This document shows positions 24,002 through 36,384 of a DNA stretch of 64,000 bases, one piece after another; position 1 is the stretch's first letter; each line of letters begins with the position of its first letter. The translations under genes were made by a program, and so were the position numbers. The notes beneath the pieces were generated by a model, which was given only the letters and a program-made list of their open reading frames with translations, had not been told where the DNA came from and ran no database searches. The stretch is from Eledone cirrhosa (taxonomy: Eukaryota): NCBI GenBank assembly GCA_964016885.1, contig OZ024740.1, forward strand, positions 180,544,001 through 180,608,000, written 5' to 3'.

Positions 24002-26791
24002 CTGCAGGGAAAAAATAAATTTGAGTGTCTTGCTATCTATCCACTACATTTAAATAGATTCAAATGTTTCTAAACATAAATATATACAAGTCATGAGAGC
24101 TATAATTGGGGAAAAAATGAAAACAAGAAATAGGAAAAAATTCAACGAAAACTTCACACAATGTCAAAAGATTATTGAGCTTCAGTGTCTATTTTAAAAA
24201 CAATTTTGTTTAGTATACAATGTTTATAATCTCTTATTTATATGCTTGATTAACTTCTGTCATCACACCCCAGTTATTTCTGTTTGAACATTTTCCCTGT
24301 GGTTATAATTGACAACGTTTTCAAATATTGCAGAAGTCAAATTTAAAATTCAGAAGTGAAAATCTCAATTTAGAGGTAGCGGAGAGAAAATAATGTAAAA
24401 TGAAGATAGAAATAGAACGCTTTATAATTGTAAATTAAAAGCAATTATACTAGTGTATGATATGTTCATATACCATCAAACACGTCATTTTTCTTTAAGA
24501 AGTGAATTAGGGAACCAATATTGAATAACACTTCAGATTAAATGGCAACCCACTTCATATTTCAAGGATGTTTTGTTTAATATTATACCACAATAGACGC
24601 TGCAGATAGTGGTCATGTTGACGAATAGTGTACGACAAAACATTAAAAACAAGAAACCTTTTAAATCGGAGAGTACAATGAATAAAGACACACAGCCGTA
24701 ACCGCCTCCAACCTTTGAATAAACATCATCCTGACAACAGATAAAAATCTCCGAATTGCCATATCGGAACAATAGATAATGGGGGAGATAAGCCGCCTAA
24801 AAGAAAACTTCGAACTGCCCCTCAAACTAAAACGAAATAGAGTTATTCAAGTATAAAATTAAGTCAATGGGCAGTTCACAACAAAAGCAACAAAAGCAAC
24901 AAAACAACAATGACATAAATAGCTCTAACAGAACCCAGAGTCAAATCATATATTCCTCATCTCTCTTATATATATTATATCTCTGAAACAATTATTGCAA
25001 AGTCTAGTAGCTTTGTGGTGTACTCCATTGGAATATGGATAGAAGATAAAAATGCGCACGCGTGTGCGGTAAATATCACCCGTCGTAAACGGACTGCCGG
25101 GTTCCTACTTTGAGACTATCAGGATAATCCTAATGGTCGCATCAATCAACAAAATAACAGTGGGCTTTCCATTCAGAATCTAATGGGGTAAATGAATGTG
25201 ATCAGTGTCATTAGTTTGATATGCTTTCAGATGTCAACTCGAACATAAATTGGTGAAAAACTAACATCACAAGCATGTTAGGCTCTACCACTCAAACATG
25301 TACAGAGAATCACAACTTGTTCGAAGTGCCTAATGCCTATATCGTTTCCATCGTGGACTTTCATCCAACCGACGTGTCTTGTCCTGGCAGAAAACTAAAG
25401 GGTTTTCGAACGCATAGTATTTTGTTTCCTCAAGAATAAAGATATTTAGTTAATCGACATAAACCTCTGCTACAATTAAATTCTCTGTCGGCGTCTGCAA
25501 CTGATTTGAGGATGTTACAGGCGCATGCGCTGAAACTGAATCAGCTGAAGAAATTCATGGGGCAGTGTGACGAGAGTAACATGGGTGCACGGCACACTGT
25601 CTCACGGTTTATCATTTTAACCGTACTGTTTTCTTGGGTCAAACGCACGGTGGTGTTGGGTTATATATAGACGCTCACATCACAATGAGTTCAGCAGAAA
25701 GAAAAAACACATTTTATAGATGCTAACTATGTGGTATGAGGTGAGTGGGTGATATAATCACATGGGTGAATTTGTTAGTGTGGACTGGGCCAAACTGTAC
25801 ACTCTCTCTTTTAGGACATCCAGATAAAAAAGTACATTTTTTCTGACATCTCTTAGACATGGGGTTACATTGACAAGTAAAATCCTCTTGTAAGAACTGG
25901 TTCTTTGACCGAGCATTGCCGACATATGGCACAATGTTAATCATCTGCTCTCAAATGTAAAAGAAATACTCAATTTAAAATTGAGTCTGTTTTGCAGATT
26001 GCATCCTTTATTTTTTTTAATAAAGGACGTCACATTTAACACAGCATAGTGCATTCATGCATGTATATATGCACGTGGGTACATATTTATTTAGGTATAT
26101 ATGTATACATGTGTATTTAATCATAACATTCTGATTTAGGAAGACTTATTTCATTGTTTGAATATATATAAACATTGGCATGTCTATATATATATGTGTT
26201 TGTGCGTTGATGTTTTCATGAGTGGATGTGTGTGTCTATTTCTGTGTATATGTGCATTTGTTTTAGATATGAGTGCTTCTATGTATGTATAATATATGTA
26301 AATTTTAGTTGTATCGTATTGTACTGAAAACATTAAAATTATTGAAATTATGAAGTTGTAAGGCAGACAATTAAGATTTACGAATCCGTATATTTGGAAG
26401 TAATCGGTCATGTTCAGCATTTAATCCGCACTTTATTAAATTAGATTAATGAATGTAATCACGCTACAGTAACAGATGACTAATTGACGAACTACATTAT
26501 CTTATAGCTAGAAAATTGGCATAATGCTCGACGAGTGCTTGTAGCCAGAGGTGAAATTTTTCTGACATCGGAGAGCCGTATTCGCCTGTGTCAAGTGTAG
26601 AATTTAAAAGATACATCTAACAAGTGATAAATATTCACAGACACTATGACCTCATGACATAATATCATGTAAATATTTACAGGGCAGATTTACACTACAT
26701 GAACATATGAATTATTGTCTATAATGTTTAAATACGTCTAGAGAGCTTATGAACCAATCAGATATATGAGTATTATACATATATATGATAT

Positions 26792-26865
<74 letters not shown>

Positions 26866-27007
26866 GCATACACACACTCACACACACACACACTCACACA
26901 CACTCACGTATATCTATCTCTCTATATATAACGAAGGGTTTGTGGTGAGGAAACAGATGGACTATAACGCACCAGAGTACTCAATACTTAGGGTAGTAGA
27001 GTGGGTA

Positions 27008-27132
27008 ATAGGAAAATGTATGATCCCGATGGCAGAGCTTAAGCCGTTTCGACGGCAATTTTCGGACTCTTTGAGTCCAGAAATTGCCGCCGAAATGGCT
27101 TTAGCCCTGCCGTCGGGATCATATATTTTCCT

Positions 27133-27134
<2 letters not shown>
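27008..27134. repeat. Inverted repeat, ~62 bp arms with a 3 nt loop, between (TA)n tracts
   Basis: TAGGAAAATGTATGATCCCGA...GGACTC-TTT-GAGTCC...TCGGGATCATATATTTTCCTA; about 8 mismatches. Confidence 0.9.
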
Positions 27135-27217
<83 letters not shown>

Positions 27218-27311
27218 TATATATATATATTTCGTTTCTGAATTTGTTTAGCAAGATTCTTTATCTGAAAACTTGTGTTGCAACCGATATTGTTATACTT
27301 TGAGAGGGTTA

Positions 27312-27754
27312 TGTTGCCAATAAGAAACACACGCACCAGTTGTTTCACTCCAATTTATTATAAATTAAATTTATAAGTTTAAGAAATTTGTAAATTTCCG
27401 GTTGGTTGGTTGGTTCTACAACCGGACGGTTGTTCATATATTGTCAAAGTTCTTTCGTCACACATTATGTGACCTCTTCAGTGACTGGGGATTCTCTTCT
27501 TTGTTTTGTGCCTTTCCTTTTTTCTGTTCTACGCCATCAGGTACAAAGGAGAGGCACAAAACAAAGAAAATAATCCCCAGTCATTGAAGAGGTCACAGAA
27601 TATGTGACGAAAGAACTTTGACAATATATGAACAACGGTCCGGTTGTGGAACCAACCAGCCATCCGGAAATTTACAAATTTCTTTAATTTATAAATTTAA
27701 TTTATAATAAATTGGAGTGAAAGCAACTGGTGCGTGTGTTTCTTATTGCCAACA
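27312..27754. repeat. Inverted repeat, ~210 bp arms with a ~24 nt spacer, hammerhead motif in each arm
   Basis: Arms 27312-27520 and 27545-27754; minus 27443-27485 gtca-CTGAAGA-ggtcacataatgtgtgac-GAAA-gaac-TT-tgac; plus copy 27580-27622 has TTGAAGA. Confidence 0.85.
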
Positions 27755-28041
27755 CGACCCCGCCCCCTTCCCAAAGTATAACAATATATATATATATATA
27801 TATACACATTAATTTGTGTACACCAGACAATTCCGGCAAAGAATATGCTGGTTGATTCGAATAAAGAACCGCCTGCACATAGAATCAATTCGGAGATTAT
27901 TGAGATATCAACAGAGATATGTACACTTAACTTACTCCTCGGGGAGAATCAGCGTGACCAGTGTGGAATGGCTGGTATTTTGGATTAATATAATAAATCA
28001 TTTTTGACAGCAGAAGTGGAACAATGTCAGAATACAGTGTC

Positions 28042-28255
28042 TCATAGGCGCACTGGGGACTATCTCCAAAGGTTTCCAGGGATGGTTAAAGAAAATCGGC
28101 CCCTTCACGCTTTTTGGAACGCTTCAAAAGGCATGCTTGCTTGGAACGGCAAGAACCCTCCGATACGTCCTGAATATCTGAGGCTGCAGGTAGTGGCTTG
28201 ATATTCAATCCAACGGACTTTCCAGTTAACCAACATCAATGACTGAGATTCAAGG
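28042..28255 (+). mobile_element. R4/Dong family 1, short 3' fragment
   Basis: Matches ORF end (KACL.GTARTLRYVLNI) and 3'UTR; followed by (AAT)n. Confidence 0.9.
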
Positions 28256-28291
28256 AATAACAATAACAATAATAATAATAATAATAATAAT

Positions 28292-28553
<262 letters not shown>

Positions 28554-31500
28554 GGGAAGAAGACGCACATGGTGGATAGAAGGTCGTGAAATCGCTCCCA
28601 TAAGTTTTGATTTTTAACATATTTAAATCAATTGTGAAATAACAATTCTTAGTACAAATGATACATAAAACATCCGGCTTGAGTCCCCAAAAAATTCGTA
28701 TCCATAATATATTGTTATATCGCTCAAATATTCAATTTTGTATTATACATTTTATATTCAAAAAAGAAAATGGTTATAAATGGAAGAAAACCCCCTCTGT
28801 CTACACTATATAGAACAGCCAAATAACAGCAATTTCACCAACACCAGAAACTAGATACACCACCTACCCTTCACCCCTCTGTGTACACTAAAAACATCAG
28901 TCAGATAACGGCAATTTCACCACCGCCACCACCAATCTCAGCATAATAATAGTAATTACTATTATTATTGTCTCAAGTTTTAACAAAATGTTTAATTCCA
29001 ATATGAAGAAAATATGTCAACACATATACGCGACTAACCCCATAGATTCACCGATCAAACAAAAATACAGTTCATTCAACAAAACTCAGTAACGACAACG
29101 CCATCACTACAGACACCGCCACAGCCGCCCATCCATCATTACTACCACTATCCCATCACCGCCGCCACCACTCCTCCATTGCTACCACCGCTATCCCCCC
29201 ATTACCTTCTGTTAACTTACGAAAGGGGAAGATGGCGGTATCACTAGACAATATTAATAAAGAAGATTAATATTTAATTTTGGATCAGGAATGTTAGAGT
29301 CGAAAAGGAGTAAAATGACAAAATGACTAAATAACTAAAGATAATTTCACCACCAACATCACCACCACCACTACCACGATGAAAACTCTGGTTAAGTCGA
29401 CTCAACCACTATTTCTACTCCAACTTCAACACCATCACTACAGTAATACGATCACATCACCACCACCACTGCCTAATAATGATTTATCGCTACCGCCGCT
29501 ATTCTCTCCCACTACCTCCTGCTAGTTGTTGCTAGCACAACACCGCCACCACCACCACTGCCTCATTATCACTACCGCCGCTATTCTCTCCCGCTACCCC
29601 CTGCAACATCGTAGAACCCCCAGTAAAAGAGGAAGACATCAAAATATATAAATATACTGAATTGATGACCCGGTCAAAATAAAAAAAATAAAAAAATAAA
29701 AATGAAAGCAGCACAGCAACAACGAAAAACGTAAATACAATAAGAATGAAGAGAAAAACAAACAGACGGACAGAGAAGGGAAGGGAAAAACTAAGTCAGA
29801 CATTCAAACACTACATTACAATGAAACTTATGCTTATTCATTTTTTTTTTTGGGGGGGGGGGGGCCTGTTTGTTTGTTTATTTATGTTCGTCTACAGCGT
29901 GATAATGCCACACGAAAATCACGTAGAATGACGGAACCAACGGGGACGATCAATTCACCGGTGGTTATGTAACCATACATTCGCCAATCCTCGATAAGAG
30001 TGTTTAAATGTCGAAACTAAACAGATCGAATAACGGTGAAATGGAGACTAGAATGTCATGTGACAGACTCTCACCTAACAGGTGCTCCCTGGCTGAGCAG
30101 CAGGGACCTGGCCATCAAACAAATACTGCTGGTGTCGGTGGAAGAAGAAGAAGGAAAGGGACCAGAACCAACTGGACGAAATAATTGAATAGAACTGTTA
30201 TGCAATGTTACCTGAAGAGTAACCCCAAGGAGAAAGGCTATAGGAAACGGATGCATAACATCTGGAACGAGATTGGTCTATTTAAATTAGATGAACAAAA
30301 ATTGGCCGGGCAGGCTCGGGTAATAAGAACTAATGGGTGGATAAGCGAGCTGGAACTAGAGGAACTGAACAGAGAGATTAGCTTGGAGATGGAGAGTGGA
30401 GTATGCCAGGCAAACGAGCCAGTGGGAAATGAAGGTGAAGAGGTCGAGAGAACGGAGCAACCACCTGAAGCAGACAATGATCTGAATGCTAAGATAAATA
30501 ATACCTGGAACAGAGATACGGCCATTGAGAAGATGAATGCTGACGGGCTAGGACAAGATTTAGTTGATATCCTAAACTTAGTGGTAGATGAATTGAACAA
30601 TGATAGTGGGAAACCTATGAACCTAAGATTTGTAGACAGGAAAAAGTTAAAAAAAACAACAGCTAAGGTAAACAAAGTCATCCCATACCTTGAGGCGAGG
30701 AGCCTTCACCAGTGCAACAATATCCTCAAATCAACAGCAAATACGGTAAGGAAACTACTTGGTATAAAAGCCAGAGGAAACAACAGACAAGAAAGATCAG
30801 AGCCTTGGTAGAAGAAACGACTGAGTGGTCAAATCAGGGAAATGAGAAATGACATTGGAAAGCTTGAGTCCCTACTGAATGGGACACTAAAAAACATAGA
30901 CACTAAAAATAGACTGGAAATAAAGTACAAAACTAGGAGGAAAAAGCTAAATACTATCATAGAGGAACTGAAGCAACGCATTGTAGCAAAGAGTGCAAAA
31001 ATCAGGCGATACGAGAACAGAGTCAGCCAGTATAGACAGAACCGCATGTTCGACAACAACCAGAAGATGCTGTTTGGACAGCTTGAAGGGAAAGAAAGAG
31101 GCAACGACTTGATCCCTGAGGCGGAACAAACTAAAACATTCTAGAGAGGAATATGGGAGCAGGATGTTAAACATAATGGGCAGGCAGTGTGTATTGAGAT
31201 AGCACAGAAGGAGATTAGTGAACAGGCACACCAACAAACTGATTTGAGTATCACAGTTGAAACTCTTAAGGGGCAGGCCAAAAAACTAACCAACTGGTAA
31301 TCACCAGGCCCAGATGGTGTGCAGAGGTATTGGATTCAAAATATAACTTCCCTCCACCCGAAACTGACAACCATGTTCCATGACTGCTTGATGCCAGGTG
31401 AGGTACCAGAGTGGTTGACAAAAGGTAAGACAGTTCTGATAATGAAAGACCGAATCAAGGGTAATGATGTTACCAACTATAGACCTATCACATGTCTGTC

Positions 31501-33515
31501 CGTAATGTGGAAACTGTTGACAAGCATTATGTCTGAGGAAATCTACCATCACCTCCACTCAAATAACTTGTTACCGGACGAAGAGAAAGGATGCCGAAAG
31601 AAGTCACGTGGTACAAAGGACAAGTTACTTATTGATAAGATGGTAATGAGGAATTGCAAGAGGAGACACACTGGTCTTGCCATGGGATGGATAGACTACA
31701 AAAAGGCATTTGACATGGTGCCTCATTCTTGGATCACCAAAAGCCTGGAGATCCTCAAGGTGGCAGATAACATCAGACAGTTGTTCAGCAAAAGTATGAA
31801 GTCCTGGAAAACAGAGTTAACATCAACTGGAGAATCCTTGGGAAGCGTGAAGATCAAGAGAGGTATCTTCCGGGGAGATAGTCTGTCCCCTCTGTTGTTT
31901 GTCCTTGCCCTGATGCCACTGACCAGTACTGCGAAAAGTGAGAGTAGGATACAGGTTGGGAAAGGGAGGGCTTACCATCAATCACCTCCTCTTCATGGAC
32001 GATCTTAAGCTCTTCGGGAAGAGTGAGAAGGAGTTGGCCGTGCTTGTTGACACAGTCCGTATTTTCAGCAATGATATATGTATGCAATTTGGTATTAGTA
32101 AGTGTGGAGTCATTGTGATGAGGAGGGGTAAATTGAGCAGAAGTAACGGAATCCAGGTAACAACAGGGGAGATGATTAAGGAAATTGACTCTGAAGAAGG
32201 ATACAAGTGCCTGGGTGTTCTGGAGGCTGATGACATCAAGAACAAAAAAATGAAGGAATTGATAAGAACTGAATACATTCGGAGAATAAGGTGCGTATTA
32301 AAGTCACATCTGAACAGTAGGAATGCCATAAGTGCAGTACATTCCCGAGCTGTGTCTATTATTAGGTACATTGCGGGAATTCTGAGATGGAATGTTGCTG
32401 AACAAAAAGAAATGGATAGGAAGACTAGGAAGCTATTGACTATCTACAACATGTTCCACAAGAGGAGTGATGTCGATAGACTTTACTTAAGGAGATCTGA
32501 AGGTGGAAGAGGTCTTATCAGCATAGAGGACTGTGTTCAGATGGAGAAAAACAACCTACACAAATACCTGACTGATAGTAAGGAGCCATTGCTCAGAACT
32601 GTACTGAAGGAGAGGACAATAGACCAGGGGATGTCCAAGGAGGAAATAACATCAAGGAAAAAGAGCAGCCTTCAGGAAAAATCCCTTCATAGCAACTTCT
32701 TTGAAAAAACTGAATTTAGAGATCCACAGACATGGAACTGGTTGAGATGAGGAGACCTTAAAAAGGCTACAGAAGGAATGTTAATGGCTGCGCAAGAGCA
32801 GGCCCTCAAAACGAAGTGGTTGAAACACCATATTTACAAGGAGAAGGCTAGCCCACTGTGCAGGATCTGTGGAGAGAGAGAGGAGACTGTGGCTCACATT
32901 GTATCCGAGTGTAAACAGCTAGCCCAGACTCACTATAAGGGCTGGAGACATGATGTGATGGGCAGGGTGATCCACTGACCTCTATGCAAAGTAAACAATT
33001 TACCACATTCTGAGAAGTGGTATGAGCATAAGCCAGAGTCGGTGATAGAAAACGATCAGGTGAAGGTGCTTTGGGATTTTAGGATACAGACGGACAAGAA
33101 ACTGGAACACAATATACCTGACCTGGTAGTTGTGGACAAAGAAAAAAGAGATTGCCTGATTGTGGATGTGGCCTGCCCATTCGACACGAGAGTGCAAGAG
33201 AAATAGAAGGAGAGGGATAAAATTATCCGATACCAGGACTTAAAGTGGGAGGTAAAAAGGATTTGGAACTGCCATGAAGTCAAAGTGGTCCCGATTGTCA
33301 TAGGCACACTAGGTACTATCTCAAAACGTTTCCAGGGATGGTTAAAGAAAATTGACCCCGCAGCGGTTTTTGGAACACTTCAAAAGGCATGCTTGCTGGG
33401 AACAGCAAAAACCCTCCGATACGTCCTGAATATCTGAGGATGCAAGGTAGTGGCTTGATATTCATATCAACAAACTTTCTAGTGAACTAACATCGATGAC
33501 TGAGACTCAAAGAAC
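28554..33515 (+). mobile_element. R4/Dong family 1, copy C: full length (~5 kb), degenerate ORF 30008-33437
   Basis: 5' terminus shared with copy A, ~1.45 kb 5'UTR, RT/CCHC/RLE pieces with several stops, 3'UTR then AATAATAAT. Confidence 0.92.
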
Positions 33516-33524
33516 AATAATAAT

Positions 33525-35625
33525 TGAGCAGAAAGGGTGTAAACGAAGCTCATATGACTGTAAGGATCAGCTTCTGGTTAACAAAATGATACTGGAAGAT
33601 TGTCATAATAGACACAAAAATCTATCGATTGCTTGGATAGATTATAAAAAACGCATTCGATAGTTTGCCACACAGTTGGATTGAAAAATGTTTAGAGATT
33701 TTCAAAATATCCCCCGTTGTCAGGAGGTTTTTGTCATTCAGTATGAAGACATGGTAAACGACACTCCTTTTGAATAGTGAAACAAAATCACTGGAAGCTG
33801 GAGATGTTAATATTAATTGTGGAATTTTTCACGGTGACTCTTTATCACCGCTTTTATTCTGCATCGCACTTATACGATTAAGTAAAATGCTCAATGAAAC
33901 AAAACATAGATATAAAGTCGATGACAAAACCATTAATCACTTGTTCTACATGGATGACCTGAAACTATTTGCAAAAAATGATGAATAATTGCAAGGGCTA
34001 TTATCCACTGTGGAGCCTTTCAGTGATGACATTAAAATGGAGTTTGGACTAGATAAATGCGCCAAAGCAACGTTCACCAGAGGAAAGCCGCTGAAGAGTT
34101 CAGACATTAATCTTGATCGGGGGAATGTGATAATAGAACTTGATCAAGATAAAACTTACAAATATCTAGGTGTTTGTGAAGGAGACGGAATCAAGCACTC
34201 GACAATGATGGAAAGGATAAGGAAGGAATGTTACCGCAGAGTAAGAGCAATCTTAAGAACGGAATTGAATGCAAGGAATAGGATCGAGGCCATAAACACG
34301 CTTGCCATACTAGTAGTAACCTACAGTTACAATGTCATCAACTGGTCAAGCACAGAGATCCGTAGGCTCGATACAAAAATTCGAAAATTCTTAACCATGC
34401 CCAGAATACATCACCCTAAGGCAGATACAGATAGAATATATCTCCCTGGGAAAGAGGTGGACGTGGGTTAATCCAGTTAGACATTGCGTTGAAAACTGCA
34501 ACAATTAGATTATCTACATATCTAAGGGAATCACATGATTGGATGATCTAACTCGTTTTGAAACACGAAAGAATCAAAAGATCATACTCCATTACAAAAG
34601 ATGCACAAAGATACAGTAATGGACTACAAATTTCAGAAGTCCCATTTACTGCTGAAATGGAAAACACAGAAAAAGCAAAGCAGGTAAAAGTAACTGCTAC
34701 AGAAACTGGCTAAGAAATGGCAAGAAAAGCCTCTGTATGGAAAATACCCAGAGCGAGCTAACAATCCTGATGTTGACAAAACTTTAACCCATCAGTGGTT
34801 GGCATCCTCTGGACTGAAATCGGAGACTGAAGGACTGATTATATCGGCACAAGATCAGTGTCTGCCAACAAAAAATTACCAAGCCAACATAATAAAAAAT
34901 GGGTGCAGCCCATTATGCCGTGTATGCAAAAAACAACCAGAGATCATTGACCATATAATTTCAACGTGCAGTCCTATAGCTCCAACCGAATACCTAAACA
35001 GGCATGACAGAGCTGCACAATACATACATTGGATAATGTGTAAGCATTTTGACCTGCCCCATCAAAAGAATTGGTGGGAGCATCAACCACCTCCCATACT
35101 TGAAAAAGATCACATCTCAATCTTGTGGAACTTTAGCATCCAAACAGACCGAAAAATAAATGCAAACAGACCTGATATAATATTGAAAGACTTTCAAAAG
35201 AGGGTATGCCTGCTAATTGATATGTCTGTTCCAATAGACAAGAATGTATCTATAAAAACATTTGAAAAATTGAGCAAGTATAAGGACCTGGAGACAGAAA
35301 TTGGAAAAATGTGGAAATTGAGAACTAAAACAATACCAGTGTTTGTAGGCGCTCTGTGAATGATACGTAAGGGATCTAATGATTACTTATCGCAAATCCC
35401 AGGAAACGCGCGTATAGGAGAAATACAAAAGATAGTACTAATGGGAACTGCCCATATACTAAGGAAGATTCTGTCAATATAAGTACATCACAAGTCTAAA
35501 CACTAAAGATGCATGTGTGAATATGTATGTTCTTTCTTGAACATGGCGGACCTTGTTGTCTCTTGAGGTCACTGCTTGTGACTTGATGATAACTCGTATG
35601 AACATAAAGCAAGATAAATGCAACT
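33525..35625 (+). mobile_element. R4/Dong family 2, 5'-truncated, degenerate
   Basis: EQKGC, WIDYKK, GIFHGDSLSP, FYMDD, CRVC..DHIISTC, RHD, RPD. Confidence 0.9.
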
Positions 35626-35645
35626 ATAATAATAATAATAATAAT

Positions 35646-36115
35646 GGATGCAAATAGACCTGATATAATATTGAAGGACTTTAAAAAGAGGGTATGCCTG
35701 CTAATTCATATGTCCGTTCCAATAGACAAGAATGTATCTATAAAAAACATTTGAAAAATTGAGCAAGTATAAGGATCTGGAGGTAGAAGTTGGAAAAATG
35801 TGGAAATTGAGAACTAAAACAATACCAGTGGTTGTGGGCGCTCTGGGAATGATACCTAAGGGGTCTAATGATTACTTATCGCAAATCCCAGGAAACCTGC
35901 GTATAGGAGAAATACAAAAGATAGTACTAATGGGAACTGCCCATATACTAAGGAAGATTCTGTCAATGTAAGTACATCACAAGTCTAAACATTAAAGATG
36001 CATGTGTGAGTATGTATGTCCTTTCTTGAACATGGCCGACCTTGTTGTCTCTTGAGGTCACTGGTTGTGACTTGGTGATAACTCGTATGAACATAAAGCA
36101 AGATAAATGCAACTG
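35646..36115 (+). mobile_element. R4/Dong family 2, short 3' fragment
   Basis: RLE end plus 3'UTR, flanked by (TAA)n. Confidence 0.9.
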
Positions 36116-36384
36116 TAATAATAATAATAATAATGATTTCTTTATAAACCACAAGGGTTTACATAAAGTAGACATTAAGGACAGTGCAGGACAATGCAGG
36201 ACGGTACAAATGGGCATTTCTGCGTGTAAAAAACAAAAACAGAGGATGTAACAAAAAATAACAATGAAAAATTCCCCAATAGGGGGGAGACTTCGGAGGG
36301 ACATTTGTGGAGAAAGTCCAGTAAAAAGCCACAATGACCCTGACCACCAAGGCAAGTGCCCTCTCCCAGTTTTCCACCTTTAAT

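Noticed and set aside
27810-28040. Kringle-like peptide CTPDNSGKEYAG
   Set aside because: Immediately followed by stops; remaining cysteines and splice sites absent
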